From a virus (Duplodnaviria; Caudoviricetes), in IMG/VR virus record IMGVR_UViG_2885028616_000003, positions 32,001 through 96,000 of that record: DNA of 64,000 nt. The stretch is one strand, 5' to 3'. Below the pieces are notes generated by a model, which did not search any database, was not told the DNA's origin, and saw only the letters and a list, made by a program, of their open reading frames with translations. A program made the translations under genes and the position numbers. Position 1 is the first letter of the stretch; the number at the start of each line of letters is the position of its first letter. Shown one piece after another: positions 27,007-37,336 of the stretch.

Positions 27007-27261
27007 TCAGGCCCCCTTCCTGGATCGGGTGCGCGGCGCGCCCGCCTGTGCGGGTGCCTTGCGCGCGGAGGGCTTGCGGGCCGGCTCGGTGAGCGGCCGG
27101 GCCGGGGTGGCCGGTGGCGCAGGTTCCCGCAGTTCCACCGGCTCACCCTCGGCCGGGTCCGGCGCGGGTGCGGGGAGCCGGTCACGGATCTCGCCCAGCC
27201 GGTCGTGGATCGCGGCGAGGTACACGTCGGTGACCGTGACCGGCGGCGGCAGCGTGCTCAC
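27007..27261 (-). CDS. Hypothetical protein
   Basis: 84-aa ORF following the major capsid gene. Confidence 0.65.
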   Translation of the reverse strand: MSTLPPPVTVTDVYLAAIHDRLGEIRDRLPAPAPDPAEGEPVELREPAPPATPARPLTEPARKPSARKAPAQAGAPRTRSRKGA

Positions 27262-27292
27262 TGCCGCCTGCCTGCCCGTATCGCGAGGGTTG

Positions 27293-28453
27293 TCACGAAC
27301 CGGAACCGTTCGAGGCCACCGAGGACTTCGGGTCCATCAGCGTCCCGCCGAACACATACCGGACCTTGTAGTCGATGCTGTCGGTGCGGAAGTCGCCGTC
27401 CATCGGGTCGACCGCACCGCCACCGACGCGGACGGCGTTCGGGGACTGCATGAACAGTTCCGGGGTCTCGTGCCCGGTGAGGAACCCGATCTCCATCGCC
27501 GGGCGGCCCACGCTCGGGTTGGCGAACAGGTACCAGGCGGTGTTCCCCGAGGTGGAGTCGATGATCGGGAGCCACGGGTCCACGACCAGCTTGACCCTGT
27601 TCCGCATCCAGTTGGTGACGCGGAGCTGGTTGTTGCCGGTGCCGTCGCCGCCGCCAGCCGCGGCGATGATCTCGGTGGCGTTGATGATGTTCAGCGCCGT
27701 GATCTCCAGCGCCGGCGGCACGACCAGGGTGACGGCGTCGATGTAGATCGGGTTGCCGTCCGAGTCCTTCTGCGCGGCGAGGACCCGGAACGCGGTGTTC
27801 AGGCCCTCGATGCCCAGGGCGGGGTTGCCGGTGACCTGGTTGGCGTTGCCGGAGGAGTAGAACGTCGCGTTCGGGCCGCTGCTGGAGGCGAACAGGGTGG
27901 TGAAGAACTTCTCCTCGGAGAACTTCGCGGAGTTGGCGAGCCGGTCGGGCATGTCGCGCAGCGCGTCGAGGTCGTCGTTGATGAAGTCCTCCCACGTGAA
28001 GGGGAGGCGCTTGCCGAACTTCTTGACCGAGTACTCGTACTTGCCGTCGGTGACGGCGGCCGCCGGGTACTCGGTGTTCTGCGGCACCTCGTCCAGGACG
28101 GCCTCGCCGCCGTCGAGGGTGAACCGCTTGACCTTCCTGAAGTCCCGGACGCGGCCGCGGCGGGCGATCTGGTCCCACATCACGTTCCGGTGCTGGTACT
28201 TGGCCAGGAGCTGCCGGTCGAGGATGTCGGCGAACAGGTACTGGAAGTCGCTGGTGGTCATCGCCTCCTGGAGGCGGTCGACCTTCTGGCGGCCGTTGAG
28301 GACGTCGGCGTACAGGCGGCCGGCCTCCAGGAGCGCCCGCTTGTAGTTGGGGTCGTTGCGGCCGCCGCGGACCCGGCGGCCCTCCCGGGCGTACAGGGCG
28401 CGCTCGGAGGCGTCCCTGTGGTTGTAGCTCTCGATCAGGTCGAGGATTTCCAT
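27293..28453 (-). CDS. Major capsid protein (Mu gpT-like)
   Basis: 'TTSDF', 'DFR', 'KFGKRLPFTWEDFINDDL', 'LVVPPALE', 'IDYKVRYVFG'. Confidence 0.92.
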   Translation of the reverse strand: MEILDLIESYNHRDASERALYAREGRRVRGGRNDPNYKRALLEAGRLYADVLNGRQKVDRLQEAMTTSDFQYLFADILDRQLLAKYQHRNVMWDQIARRGRVRDFRKVKRFTLDGGEAVLDEVPQNTEYPAAAVTDGKYEYSVKKFGKRLPFTWEDFINDDLDALRDMPDRLANSAKFSEEKFFTTLFASSSGPNATFYSSGNANQVTGNPALGIEGLNTAFRVLAAQKDSDGNPIYIDAVTLVVPPALEITALNIINATEIIAAAGGGDGTGNNQLRVTNWMRNRVKLVVDPWLPIIDSTSGNTAWYLFANPSVGRPAMEIGFLTGHETPELFMQSPNAVRVGGGAVDPMDGDFRTDSIDYKVRYVFGGTLMDPKSSVASNGSGS

Positions 28454-28562
28454 GGGTGATCCTTCTGCTGCGGGCGCTCCGCGCCGAGGGCATGCGAAAG
28501 CCCCCGGACCCGTGGGGGCGGAGGCGAGGAGAAGAGAGGAGACCGCCGGGGCGGTCAGACGG

Positions 28563-28937
28563 TCAGTTGGACAGGCGGACCCGGATCGTGCCGGTCGCGC
28601 CGGCCGCGATGAGGTTCCCCGAGGTGTAGCCGGCGGGCTCGACCGCGTGGCCGACGAACCGGCCGCTGGAGGTCTTGGAGATCGGCGGGTCGTTGGCGTC
28701 GACGTAGTACAGCTTGTCGCCGGGCGCGACCGCGGAGTCGGATCCGGTGGTGCCCTTCACGCTCAGCAGGTGCACGCCCTGGAAGGTCACGGACGTCTTG
28801 CCGTTGGCGTCCTCGGTCGTGGTGGCGACGCCGACGAGCTCGCCGTAGCGGACCGGGTCGCCCGACACCGGGGACGTGGGGTGGGAGCAGGTGACCGACA
28901 GGTCGGCGCCCTGCTTGAAGACCTCGTTCTTCGCCAT
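28563..28937 (-). CDS. Capsid cement/decoration protein (DUF2190-like)
   Basis: 'MAKN...SGDPVRYGELVGVA...GTIRVRL'. Confidence 0.85.
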   Translation of the reverse strand: MAKNEVFKQGADLSVTCSHPTSPVSGDPVRYGELVGVATTTEDANGKTSVTFQGVHLLSVKGTTGSDSAVAPGDKLYYVDANDPPISKTSSGRFVGHAVEPAGYTSGNLIAAGATGTIRVRLSN

Positions 28938-28950
28938 GCTGCTGTCTCCT

Positions 28951-30732
28951 TCAGCGGCCCGTGGCCGCGATCTTCGCTTCGTCGGCGGTCATGCCGATGT
29001 CCTGGAGCGACTCGGCCAGCGCCTTGTCCAGGTCGCCGTCGCTGTCGCCCGCCGGGGTCGGGTCGGAGGTAAGGCCGCGGGGCAGGCCGTAGCCGCGGGC
29101 CTCGTCCAGCTCGGCCAGGTAGGACTTGTGGTCCTGGATCGCGGTCTTGACGGCCTCGCCGAAGGCGGTCTCGTCGAGGGCGCCGTCGTCGCCGGTCGGG
29201 AGCGTGACGGTGGCCTCGCGCAGGACGCGGGGGTGCGCCTGCGTCGGCAGCCCGGACGTGGCGAGCGACGCCTCGCACAGGGTGCGGGCGCGCACGAGGT
29301 TGTCGCGGGCCTGGTCGCGCTTGCCGGCCTCGGCGAGCGCGGTCTCCAGCGTCTCGATCTTCTGGCCCTGCGACTCGATGAGCTGCGCCGCCTGGTCCAG
29401 GCGGCCGATCGCCTCGTCGAGGCGGGTCTTGGTCGCGGCAGCCTCGTTGAGCGTGCTGAGCTGCTCGTCGCTGATCTCGGGCATCGCGCCCTCCTTCATC
29501 GTCTTGGGCGCGGGCTTGCTGCCCGGCGCGTCCTTGGCCTTGGCCTTCTTGGCCTTCGGGTCGTCCTCGCCCTCACCGTCGGCGGGGGCGTCCTTGCCGG
29601 CATCGCCGGTGTCCTCGTCGTCCTTCTTGGCGAACAGGAAGGGCGGCTTCTTCCCCGCCTCCGACATCGGCTCCTGCCCGCCGTCCTCGTCGGGCGGGAA
29701 GGACCAGGGGCCGCGCTGATACAGCTGCGGCGCGTCCTTCTCCAGCCGGGCGACGAGTGTGCCGAGCGCGTCCCCAAGCGCCGAGGAGAGAGTGATGCGC
29801 TCGTCGCGGGTGAGGCGCCCGTCGCAGTACATGTCGTCGGCGAGGATCGTGAAGGCCGTGTGGGTGCGCGCTTCGATCCGGGCCCCGATCGTGGCGCCGG
29901 CCTCCCGCAGCTCCTCGCGGCTGGGCGGGACGGCCGACTCCTTCGCCGACGACTTCGTCCAGTCGGCGGGGATCAGGTCGCTCTTCCCGAGCGCCTTGGC
30001 GCGCTTGATGATGTGCGCGCGGATCTTGTCGTGGTCGGCGCCGCCGCGACCGACCGCGCGGATCGCGTTGCGGAGGTCCTGCTCGTCGGCGATCGGGTAC
30101 GCGGGGTCACCGTCGGGGTTCTTCATCGCGTGGCCCTTGCCGAGCATGGCCTTCATCTGGGCGGCGTCGTACTTCGCCTCCCACAGCCGCACGGCCTGAG
30201 CATTGGCGTCGGTCTGCTCGCGGGCGGACTCGATCAGCTCCAGCACCCGACCACCCGCTCCAGCGCGGGTGACCCAGTCGACGGAGATGCCCTCGTTCAG
30301 GGACTTCACGATCGGGCCCTCACGCCCTTCGGCCTCACCGTGCTCTGCGACACCCGTGGCCCTGATCGACAGGCCAACGTGTTCGGCGAACGTCGGGTTC
30401 AGCAGTTCCTGCCACTGCGGGAAGACCTGCACGTCCGCGACCAGACCGTTCTCGGCCTCGTCCCAGACGGGGTCGGAGACGAACACGCCTGCCCAGTCCT
30501 TCACTGACCGTTCCGGCCGCTCGGCGGACTCGGTCAGGGTCGGGTGGTCCAGGTATTGCTGGGTGCCTGCAGGCCAGACCTTGGGGCCGTCGCGCTCCAG
30601 TACCTCGGGGCCGTAATAGCCCGATGAGCCCCATCCCGCCCGGATCAGGAGCACTCGGTACCGGCCGGACCCGTCGCCCTTCGGAGTGAGGGTGGCAGTG
30701 GGGAACGCTTCGTTGAGCGTAAGCCGGTCCAT
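28951..30732 (-). CDS. Capsid maturation protease/scaffold fusion
   Basis: 'YLDHP', 'GLSI', 'SVDWVTRAGAGG', with a coiled-coil C-terminus. Confidence 0.85.
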   Translation of the reverse strand: MDRLTLNEAFPTATLTPKGDGSGRYRVLLIRAGWGSSGYYGPEVLERDGPKVWPAGTQQYLDHPTLTESAERPERSVKDWAGVFVSDPVWDEAENGLVADVQVFPQWQELLNPTFAEHVGLSIRATGVAEHGEAEGREGPIVKSLNEGISVDWVTRAGAGGRVLELIESAREQTDANAQAVRLWEAKYDAAQMKAMLGKGHAMKNPDGDPAYPIADEQDLRNAIRAVGRGGADHDKIRAHIIKRAKALGKSDLIPADWTKSSAKESAVPPSREELREAGATIGARIEARTHTAFTILADDMYCDGRLTRDERITLSSALGDALGTLVARLEKDAPQLYQRGPWSFPPDEDGGQEPMSEAGKKPPFLFAKKDDEDTGDAGKDAPADGEGEDDPKAKKAKAKDAPGSKPAPKTMKEGAMPEISDEQLSTLNEAAATKTRLDEAIGRLDQAAQLIESQGQKIETLETALAEAGKRDQARDNLVRARTLCEASLATSGLPTQAHPRVLREATVTLPTGDDGALDETAFGEAVKTAIQDHKSYLAELDEARGYGLPRGLTSDPTPAGDSDGDLDKALAESLQDIGMTADEAKIAATGR

Positions 30733-30991
30733 GGTCAGACCTCCGTATGGGGCGTGAGCTGCGTGGTCGAGGACGCGACGCTAGGTGGGACGGCCCCGTA
30801 CGGTCGCCGCATGGATGAAGAGCAGTGCCCCGAGGGGCTGTGGGAATGCCGGAGCATCCGGTGGTGAACGGGGTTGTGCTCTATGACCGCGTCACCGAGC
30901 GGACTTGCCCGAACGAGGCGGAGCACCAGCGGGCTGTCCAGCGTCGAAAGCCGGTCTACTTCTTCAAACCGCGCGAGGACGGCGACGGCTC

Positions 30992-31138
30992 CTAGCGGAT
31001 CCAGTCGCCGCTGGCGGGAAGGCCAGCCAGCGCCAGCAGGACGACGGCGGCGGCCAGCAGCGCGAGCTGCCAGCCGCGGTCGACGGCGGCCCAGACCAGC
31101 GCGATGACGGCGATGATGAGCGCTGCGAGCGTCATCAT
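30992..31138 (-). CDS. Small membrane protein
   Basis: 48 aa, two hydrophobic stretches, coupled to the upstream stop. Confidence 0.6.
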   Translation of the reverse strand: MMTLAALIIAVIALVWAAVDRGWQLALLAAAVVLLALAGLPASGDWIR

Positions 31139-31488
31139 CGGACCGTCCTGCTGGCGAGCTCGGCCGCGGCCTGGGCGAGGCCCTGCAGCGCGGCCGCGGC
31201 GTCGCTGCACGCCATGGGCAGCCGGCGCACGGCGTCGGCGGCGGCGTGGTCGTCGCCGGGGTCGGTCTGGTTGAGGTCGTTGCAGCGGTCGACCAGGTCG
31301 TCGAGGGCGGCGCGGGTGTCCTCGCTGAACGCGCGGGCGTCGACCGCGATCTTGTTGGCCTGGTCGGCGTAGCTCTCGGACGCCTTCTGGTCCTCGGTCG
31401 GCGCCTTGTCCTCGGAGGCCTTGCTCTCGTTGGCCTTGTTCTTGGCCGGGGTCCGGTTCTGGCTGGTGTCGGTCTTGCGCGTGGCCAT
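31135..31488 (-). CDS. Hypothetical protein
   Basis: GAGGAG RBS, 117 aa. Confidence 0.7.
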   Translation of the reverse strand: MATRKTDTSQNRTPAKNKANESKASEDKAPTEDQKASESYADQANKIAVDARAFSEDTRAALDDLVDRCNDLNQTDPGDDHAAADAVRRLPMACSDAAAALQGLAQAAAELASRTVR

Positions 31489-31499
31489 GCTGCTCCTCC

Positions 31500-32534
31500 T
31501 CAGGTGAGGTCTTTGAGCGGGACGACGGTGTACGAAGGGCGCCAGCCGGGGTTGTCGCGGCGCCGCGCGAGGTCTGTCCAGGCGACCTGGCCGGTGTCGA
31601 GCAGGTGCAGCCGGCCGGGGCCCATGATGCGGAGCTGGTCGGCGCGGGGCAGCGCACGGAACACGGCCTCGGCGTCCGGGGTCGCGTCGGTGGGCTCAGT
31701 GCCGGGGAGGCCGAGGTCGGCCCAGGATTTGAGGACGGGGACGCGGCGGCAGCGGCCGGCGGGGTGGTCGAGCGGCCCCGGTTCGGACAGCGGGTAGGTC
31801 GTGCCGTGCAGCGCCCAGCAGCTCGGGCATACATCGGTGTCCAGGCGGGAGATCCAAGCCCAGCCGGACAGCAGGTCCGCGGCCGTGTCCTGGGTAGCTT
31901 GGGCGGCGGCGCGGTGCGCGTCCATGATCTCGGTGCGGGCGACCAGGAGCGTCCGGGCGAGCGCGGCGCTGGAGTGCTGCTGCGCGCCGTTGAGGACCTG
32001 CTCGATCGCGCGCCGCGGGTCAGTGGAGCGGTGCCCGCGGATGACCTCGCCGCGGATCGCATCGCCGATCTGGCCAGGCATCGACTGCAGCGTCTCGGCC
32101 GCGGCCTTGCGCGCACGGCGGGCGAGGTCGGTGATGTCGTCGTCGGCGAGGGCGGCGACGCCGTCGGTGAGGCCCACCCCGGGCGGTAGCTGCGAGACGA
32201 TCATGGCGGCTTGTGCGGCGGCCGCGGATCTGGCGGCTTCCTGCGCGGCGGTCTCGATCAGCGCGGCGGCGAGGTCGGCGAGCCGGACGAACGTGAACTG
32301 GAGGCCGGCGAACGCGATCTGGAGCCGGAACGAGGCGTTGAGCTGGCGGCGGGTCGGCCACGCTGCGGCGGCCGCGGCGACCAGCCCGGCGAGGATCGCC
32401 GTGAGCTGCGCGTCCTGCGCTGCCCACGAGGTCGCCCAGGCGGCGGTGAGGTCGCGGGTGACCTGGTCGAGGCGGGTGTCGGTCGCGGCGCGGTCGGCCG
32501 CGACGGCCTGAAGCGTCGCCGGTGTCGGCGGCAT
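31500..32534 (-). CDS. Minor head protein (Mu gpF/SPP1 gp7-like)
   Basis: 'ARTE', 'CPSCWALHG', 'DHPAGRC'. Confidence 0.9.
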   Translation of the reverse strand: MPPTPATLQAVAADRAATDTRLDQVTRDLTAAWATSWAAQDAQLTAILAGLVAAAAAAWPTRRQLNASFRLQIAFAGLQFTFVRLADLAAALIETAAQEAARSAAAAQAAMIVSQLPPGVGLTDGVAALADDDITDLARRARKAAAETLQSMPGQIGDAIRGEVIRGHRSTDPRRAIEQVLNGAQQHSSAALARTLLVARTEIMDAHRAAAQATQDTAADLLSGWAWISRLDTDVCPSCWALHGTTYPLSEPGPLDHPAGRCRRVPVLKSWADLGLPGTEPTDATPDAEAVFRALPRADQLRIMGPGRLHLLDTGQVAWTDLARRRDNPGWRPSYTVVPLKDLT

Positions 32535-34228
32535 CAGGCGTTCGCGGGCTCGGGGACCTCGGCGTCCTTGGCCGTGGGGTCGTTGTCTCGCCGGAGCCCT
32601 GCCCGCTTCTGGCCGAGCGCTCCGGCAGGGTCTTCGCCGCGGTTGAACGCATCGATCGCGGCCTGCCCCGCCGCGCCGAGCGAACCCTGCGGTGAGAGGA
32701 ACTCTCCGTCGTCGCCGGTGAGCTGGTCGATGATCTCGTCGATGTTCTTCACGCCGAGGGCGTCCAGCAGCAGACGCGCCACCACGAGAGGCGGCAGGTA
32801 GGTGGTCTGGTCGGCGAGGGTGATGGCCTCGATGACCTGGGCGGGGTTGACGTCATCGAGGTCGGGCCAGGTGATGTCGACCGTGCGGTCGGTGTCGCCG
32901 TCGAGTTCGATGCGTTCGAGGCCGTCCTCGTCGAGGGTGACCGTGCCGGACAGGGCGCCCATCGGGGCTTTCACGGCCTGGTCGATGACGTAGTCGAGGA
33001 TGGTGCGGCGGACGTCGGTCCATAGTTCGCGGCGCATCTGCATGGCCAGCTCGGTGGGCTGGTCGAGGGTTTGTGCGGTGGCGCGGGAGCCGGTGACGCC
33101 GGGGTCGCCAAGCAGCATCGTGACCGGGAGGTCGAGCGCGGCGGCGATCATCGCGGCGAGCGGCCTCCCGGACTCGGAGTCGATCGTCGCGCCGCTCTTG
33201 GGGATGCTTTCCAGGGCCATGTCGGGCGGCAGCATCGCGGTCGCGCCGGCGGAGTTCGGCTCCCCCGTGAGGCGGTCGTGGCTCGGCGCGGCGGCGATGC
33301 GTGCGCGGGCCTGCGCCTGCTTGCGGCCCGGCGTGGTGAGCCGCCACGCGAACCGGCTCAACGACTTGATGAGGCGGGCCCAGTCCGTCAGGAACTCGGT
33401 GTAAGCGCGAGCCCAGTCGACGGCGGCGTAGGAGTCGGGGATGCCCCACTTCCAGTGGAGCGGCGAGTTCACGGCGACGTGCAGGACCGGGGCGTCCCAG
33501 AACACCTCGACGAGACCGCCGTCGCCCTGCCCGGCGAACGACATGCGGCGGGGGCGGAGGCGTGGCCGGTAGCCGAGCGCCGGGTAGTAGGCGATGCGGC
33601 GCCGGTCCACGACACCGGAACCCGTCTGCTCTTCCTCGTACCACTCACGCCGGTAGAACCACGGCTCGCTGCGGTCCTGCGGGTTGGTGATCACATCAGT
33701 GATCTCGTCCCACGGAATCGTCCGCACCTGCACCCGGCCGGTCTTCGGTCGGGTGAACAGCGCGAAGAACAGGTTCCCGTCGCTCCCGAGGGCCCGCTCC
33801 AGGTCCTCGCACGCACCCAGGGAGGAGAACGTTCGCCGGTTCGACGGGTCGGCCAGGAACCGCTGGACGACGTCGTTGACGTCCTGCTCCCCCGGCCGCT
33901 TGCCCTGCGCGCGGGCGGAGGTCTGGACGCCCTGCCCGAACACGTAGCTCGCGCGGAGCGACAGCCCTCTTTTGATCAGTGGGTTCTTCAGGGCCATGAT
34001 CCGGCACACGGCCGTGATCTGCCGCAGCCCGTCCCGGCTGAACTCCTGGTCCGCCATGGCGGTGAGCCGCTGCCAGCCCGGCTCGTTCATCCGGCTTTCG
34101 AGATCGGACAGCGTCTCGGTGAGGTGGGACACCATCGCCCGCTCAGCGCGCACAGCCTCAGCCAGCTCGGTGCGGCCGGTCACCCGGTAGAAGGTCTCCT
34201 GAAGACGGTCGAGGACGGGCACGGCCAC
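32534..34228 (-). CDS. Portal protein
   Basis: ~565 aa between TerL and the minor head gene. 'NPLIKRG', 'DGNLF'. Confidence 0.85.
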   Translation of the reverse strand: MAVPVLDRLQETFYRVTGRTELAEAVRAERAMVSHLTETLSDLESRMNEPGWQRLTAMADQEFSRDGLRQITAVCRIMALKNPLIKRGLSLRASYVFGQGVQTSARAQGKRPGEQDVNDVVQRFLADPSNRRTFSSLGACEDLERALGSDGNLFFALFTRPKTGRVQVRTIPWDEITDVITNPQDRSEPWFYRREWYEEEQTGSGVVDRRRIAYYPALGYRPRLRPRRMSFAGQGDGGLVEVFWDAPVLHVAVNSPLHWKWGIPDSYAAVDWARAYTEFLTDWARLIKSLSRFAWRLTTPGRKQAQARARIAAAPSHDRLTGEPNSAGATAMLPPDMALESIPKSGATIDSESGRPLAAMIAAALDLPVTMLLGDPGVTGSRATAQTLDQPTELAMQMRRELWTDVRRTILDYVIDQAVKAPMGALSGTVTLDEDGLERIELDGDTDRTVDITWPDLDDVNPAQVIEAITLADQTTYLPPLVVARLLLDALGVKNIDEIIDQLTGDDGEFLSPQGSLGAAGQAAIDAFNRGEDPAGALGQKRAGLRRDNDPTAKDAEVPEPANA

Positions 34229-34241
34229 CCCCTCGGGCTGC

Positions 34242-35684
34242 TCAGTACGGGCTAATCTCGAAGTCGAGCTCTTCGTCGAGGTCCTCGTCCTCGACCAGCT
34301 CATCCGGTGGCGGGACGTGTGCCTTGGCGAGCATCACCGCGTCCGCCCGGTCCGGGGACGGGACGCCGCGCTTCTTCATGTCGTCCTTGGACTCGATCAG
34401 GACCTGGCCGCGGGCGGTGAACTTGTACTTCACCGTGCCGAGCTGCGCGGCGAGCTCGTCGTCATCGGGGTCGATGTCGATGTCGCCGTCCTCGAACCGC
34501 TGCCGCAGCCCCCACCACCACTCGGCGCGCGCGTTGGCGTAGTGCTCGGAGTCGAGCGCGGCGGCACCGGACTGCATGTCGACGACGTCGTGGCCGGCCT
34601 CGAGGAGCTGGTCGACGACGCCGGAGCCGACGCCGACACCGTCCACGCGGATCTCGTCGACGCCGTGTTCGCGTTTGGCGACGATGACGTGGCCGGTGGT
34701 CTCGGTGGTGCGCTGCTTGGCATGCTCGCCCACGACCCGGACGACGGGCCCCCGGGCGAGGGCGAGGATGGTCTCGTCCGCCCCGAACCGGGCGACGTCC
34801 ACACCGAGAACCGAGTGGGGGCCGGGCTCCAGCGCGCGGGCCTGCGCGGCTTCGATCCACCGCGGGGAGATGAGGGTGTCGTCGCCGATCTCGGGGAACT
34901 CGCCGAGGCACTTGGCGACGAATCGTGGTGAGTTCTCGCCCCACCGCTTGCGCTTGTCCTCGACCCATTCCGGGGACAGCATCAGGTCCCGGACGTTGTC
35001 GGGGACGTCCTCGCCGGTGAAGTTCGGGGTGTCGTATCCGCTGATGCGGATGACCTTCCACCCGGAGCCGGGCTTGCAGACGTTCCCGAACTCGGTGTTG
35101 GGGTCGTCGGGGTTCCCGATCGCGAGGATCCGGCACGTGTCGGTGGTGGTGATCGCTTCGATGGCGGTCCACAGCTGTTCCGGCACGCCGCAGGCTTCGT
35201 CGATGACCACCAGGACGTACTTGCGGTGGATGCCCTGGAAGCCGTGCTGGTCTTGGTCGGCGGGCTTGCGGCCCCACCCGACGAGGGTGCCGTCGTCGAG
35301 TTTCCACTCGTCCGATTGAAGGACCCGGCCGGGCAGCGGCTCGCCCTTGGCGTTCTTGGCGGCCTTGCGGATCTCTTCCCAGAGGATCGCGTGGACCTGC
35401 GCGTAGGTCGGTGCAGTCGAGACCACAAAGGCTTCGCCCGGCGGGTGGACGTCGATCCACCAGCATGCGATCTGGGCCGCGATGTGGGACTTCCCGGCGT
35501 TGTGGCAGGACTTGACGGCCGTCCGTTTGTGGTCGACGACCGCTTCGGCGATCTCCCGCTGTTTCGACCACAGGTAGCCGCCGAGCCGGTTCTGGACCCA
35601 TCCCACGGGATTGCGGAGGTAGGGGCTGACCGGCGGCGGGTCGAACTGCCGCGCGGCGTACTCCCATGCGAGGTCAACGGCCAC
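34242..35684 (-). CDS. terL: Terminase large subunit
   Basis: Walker A 'SCHNAGKS', Walker B 'VVIDEA', 'IGNP', nuclease motifs 'GVDVARFG' and 'SPDRADA'. Confidence 0.96.
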   Translation of the reverse strand: MAVDLAWEYAARQFDPPPVSPYLRNPVGWVQNRLGGYLWSKQREIAEAVVDHKRTAVKSCHNAGKSHIAAQIACWWIDVHPPGEAFVVSTAPTYAQVHAILWEEIRKAAKNAKGEPLPGRVLQSDEWKLDDGTLVGWGRKPADQDQHGFQGIHRKYVLVVIDEACGVPEQLWTAIEAITTTDTCRILAIGNPDDPNTEFGNVCKPGSGWKVIRISGYDTPNFTGEDVPDNVRDLMLSPEWVEDKRKRWGENSPRFVAKCLGEFPEIGDDTLISPRWIEAAQARALEPGPHSVLGVDVARFGADETILALARGPVVRVVGEHAKQRTTETTGHVIVAKREHGVDEIRVDGVGVGSGVVDQLLEAGHDVVDMQSGAAALDSEHYANARAEWWWGLRQRFEDGDIDIDPDDDELAAQLGTVKYKFTARGQVLIESKDDMKKRGVPSPDRADAVMLAKAHVPPPDELVEDEDLDEELDFEISPY

Positions 35685-35878
35685 GGTGCACCTCCCCCGG
35701 GCGTGCCGGCGAAGGGATGGTCAGAGCGGGCGGCCGGGGCGGCACTGGGCGGGGTCGCGGGTCATGGCTTCGCGGGCCTTTCGGTGTCTTGCTGGCGGCC
35801 CGGGCGGGCACGCGGCTCTAGCGCCCGCCCGGGTTGTCGCGGGTGGGGCTGGTCCGGCCTGGGGCTGCGGGGCGGCCC

Positions 35879-35913
35879 GGGCATGCGAAAGCCCGGCTCG
35901 AGGGCCGGGCTTT
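35879..35913. terminator. Terminator-like hairpin upstream of terL
   Basis: aaagcccggc-tcgagg-gccgggcttt, followed on the minus strand by CGCATGCCC. Confidence 0.65.
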
Positions 35914-35935
35914 GGAGACACGGGTGGTACTGCGA

Positions 35936-36163
35936 TCAGGGTGCTATAAGGACATCCGTTTCCGCAAGTTTCCGGCGCCGCTTCGGTGTGGCGAGTGTCA
36001 TTTCGCGTACTTCATGCGACCAGTACAGGGTCCTGCGGGTGGCGACGTCGCATGCTGCGGGCCGGCACCGGGCGCGGATGGTGGCCTGGGAGCGGCTGTG
36101 TTCCACCGAGAGGGCTTCGCGGTCGGCGAGGATCCCGTGGCCGGGGATGAGTCGGACGATCAC
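35936..36163 (-). CDS. Small hypothetical protein
   Basis: 75-aa ORF only. Confidence 0.45.
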   Translation of the reverse strand: MIVRLIPGHGILADREALSVEHSRSQATIRARCRPAACDVATRRTLYWSHEVREMTLATPKRRRKLAETDVLIAP

Positions 36164-36300
36164 ACCCCCATGATGCGTCAGTGATTGCTCTCTGGCACCT
36201 CTCCCGGACTTCGGCCTTTGGCGTTGCGGCCTCCTGCGGAGGGCTCAGCGTACGACTTAAATGACGAGCTTTCTCAAATACGGGCGCATATGCTCGAACC

Positions 36301-37248
36301 ATGTCAACTCCTCCACGGTCCGCATTCGATGTCATGGCCGACGGCCTTGACCTCCTGGCGGAGGCCGTGATTGCTATGACAGAGGCGAACGGCGCTCCTC
36401 GACTCTTGTCCCCTGCCCATACAGACGAAGCCGCAGGGATAAAGCTGAAGGGAGACTGGAGCAGCAACCCAGGCCTTGATTCGACTCTCGCGGCCAGGTT
36501 GCTCGTCACCTCCGCGACGGACCATTTGCAGTCCTTGGCAGCCGTGCTGCGCATGCCGGGTGGCGGGGGCATTTTTGGGACGTACACGGTTGCACGCGGT
36601 GCGCTGGAAACGTCTGCCCGAGCATGGGACCTGCTCGGCCCTGGGCTGCCCATACGCGAGCGCGTCCGACGACACATGAACGAACGCCTCCACAGCCTGA
36701 ACGAGGCTCGCGCGCTTCTTAGCGGCATCGACGGCACCCATGCCCAGCAAGATGACCAAGAGGAGAAGATCCTTCGCTCTGCGAAGCAACACTCCTTTGA
36801 GGTCCACCGTGCACGGAAGTACAAAGCCGCGTATCTCGATACGCCAAGACCAAGAGTCGGCTCCCTCGCCGACGTATGCCTCCAGGCGTACACCGGCGAA
36901 AAGCAGTTCGGCCACATGGTCTACCGACTACTTTCAGCCCACGCACACGGAGTGAGCTATGGCCTGCTGCAACTACTGGGGCCACCCGAGGACCTTCAGC
37001 AGGCAACACGGCCCGGAGTCGTGGCCCAGCAGGTGCGACACTCTTCCATCGAGGTCGCCACACGGCTTCTAGTCCCATTGGTTGTATACACCGCGATGAT
37101 GCAGCGGTTCCTGGTCCACTACGGCTGGAGGGACGCGCGGTACGAGGTCGCGTTGCAGCGAGCATTGCGTGTCTGGCTCGACGTCGCGCTGGCGTCCGAA
37201 ACAGATGGGCGTGATGCTGCCGGAGGCGCTGACCGACCCGACCAGTGA
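36301..37248 (+). CDS. Counter-oriented moron, DUF5677/HEPN-like helical protein
   Basis: 'ARGALE', 'YRLLSAHAHG'. Visibly lower GC than neighbouring genes. Confidence 0.65.
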   Translation: MSTPPRSAFDVMADGLDLLAEAVIAMTEANGAPRLLSPAHTDEAAGIKLKGDWSSNPGLDSTLAARLLVTSATDHLQSLAAVLRMPGGGGIFGTYTVARGALETSARAWDLLGPGLPIRERVRRHMNERLHSLNEARALLSGIDGTHAQQDDQEEKILRSAKQHSFEVHRARKYKAAYLDTPRPRVGSLADVCLQAYTGEKQFGHMVYRLLSAHAHGVSYGLLQLLGPPEDLQQATRPGVVAQQVRHSSIEVATRLLVPLVVYTAMMQRFLVHYGWRDARYEVALQRALRVWLDVALASETDGRDAAGGADRPDQ

Positions 37249-37336
37249 CAGACGTCCGCCGCTGGATCGAGTTGCCTTCCTGACCGCTACCGGCAACAAC
37301 GCCCACTGCCTGCCGGCCGTAAGGCACGCTTCGTCC

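Noticed and set aside
30811-30994. Possible tiny + strand moron between head genes
   Set aside because: The first ATG frame stops after 18 codons, and the alternative ~49-aa frame lacks support.
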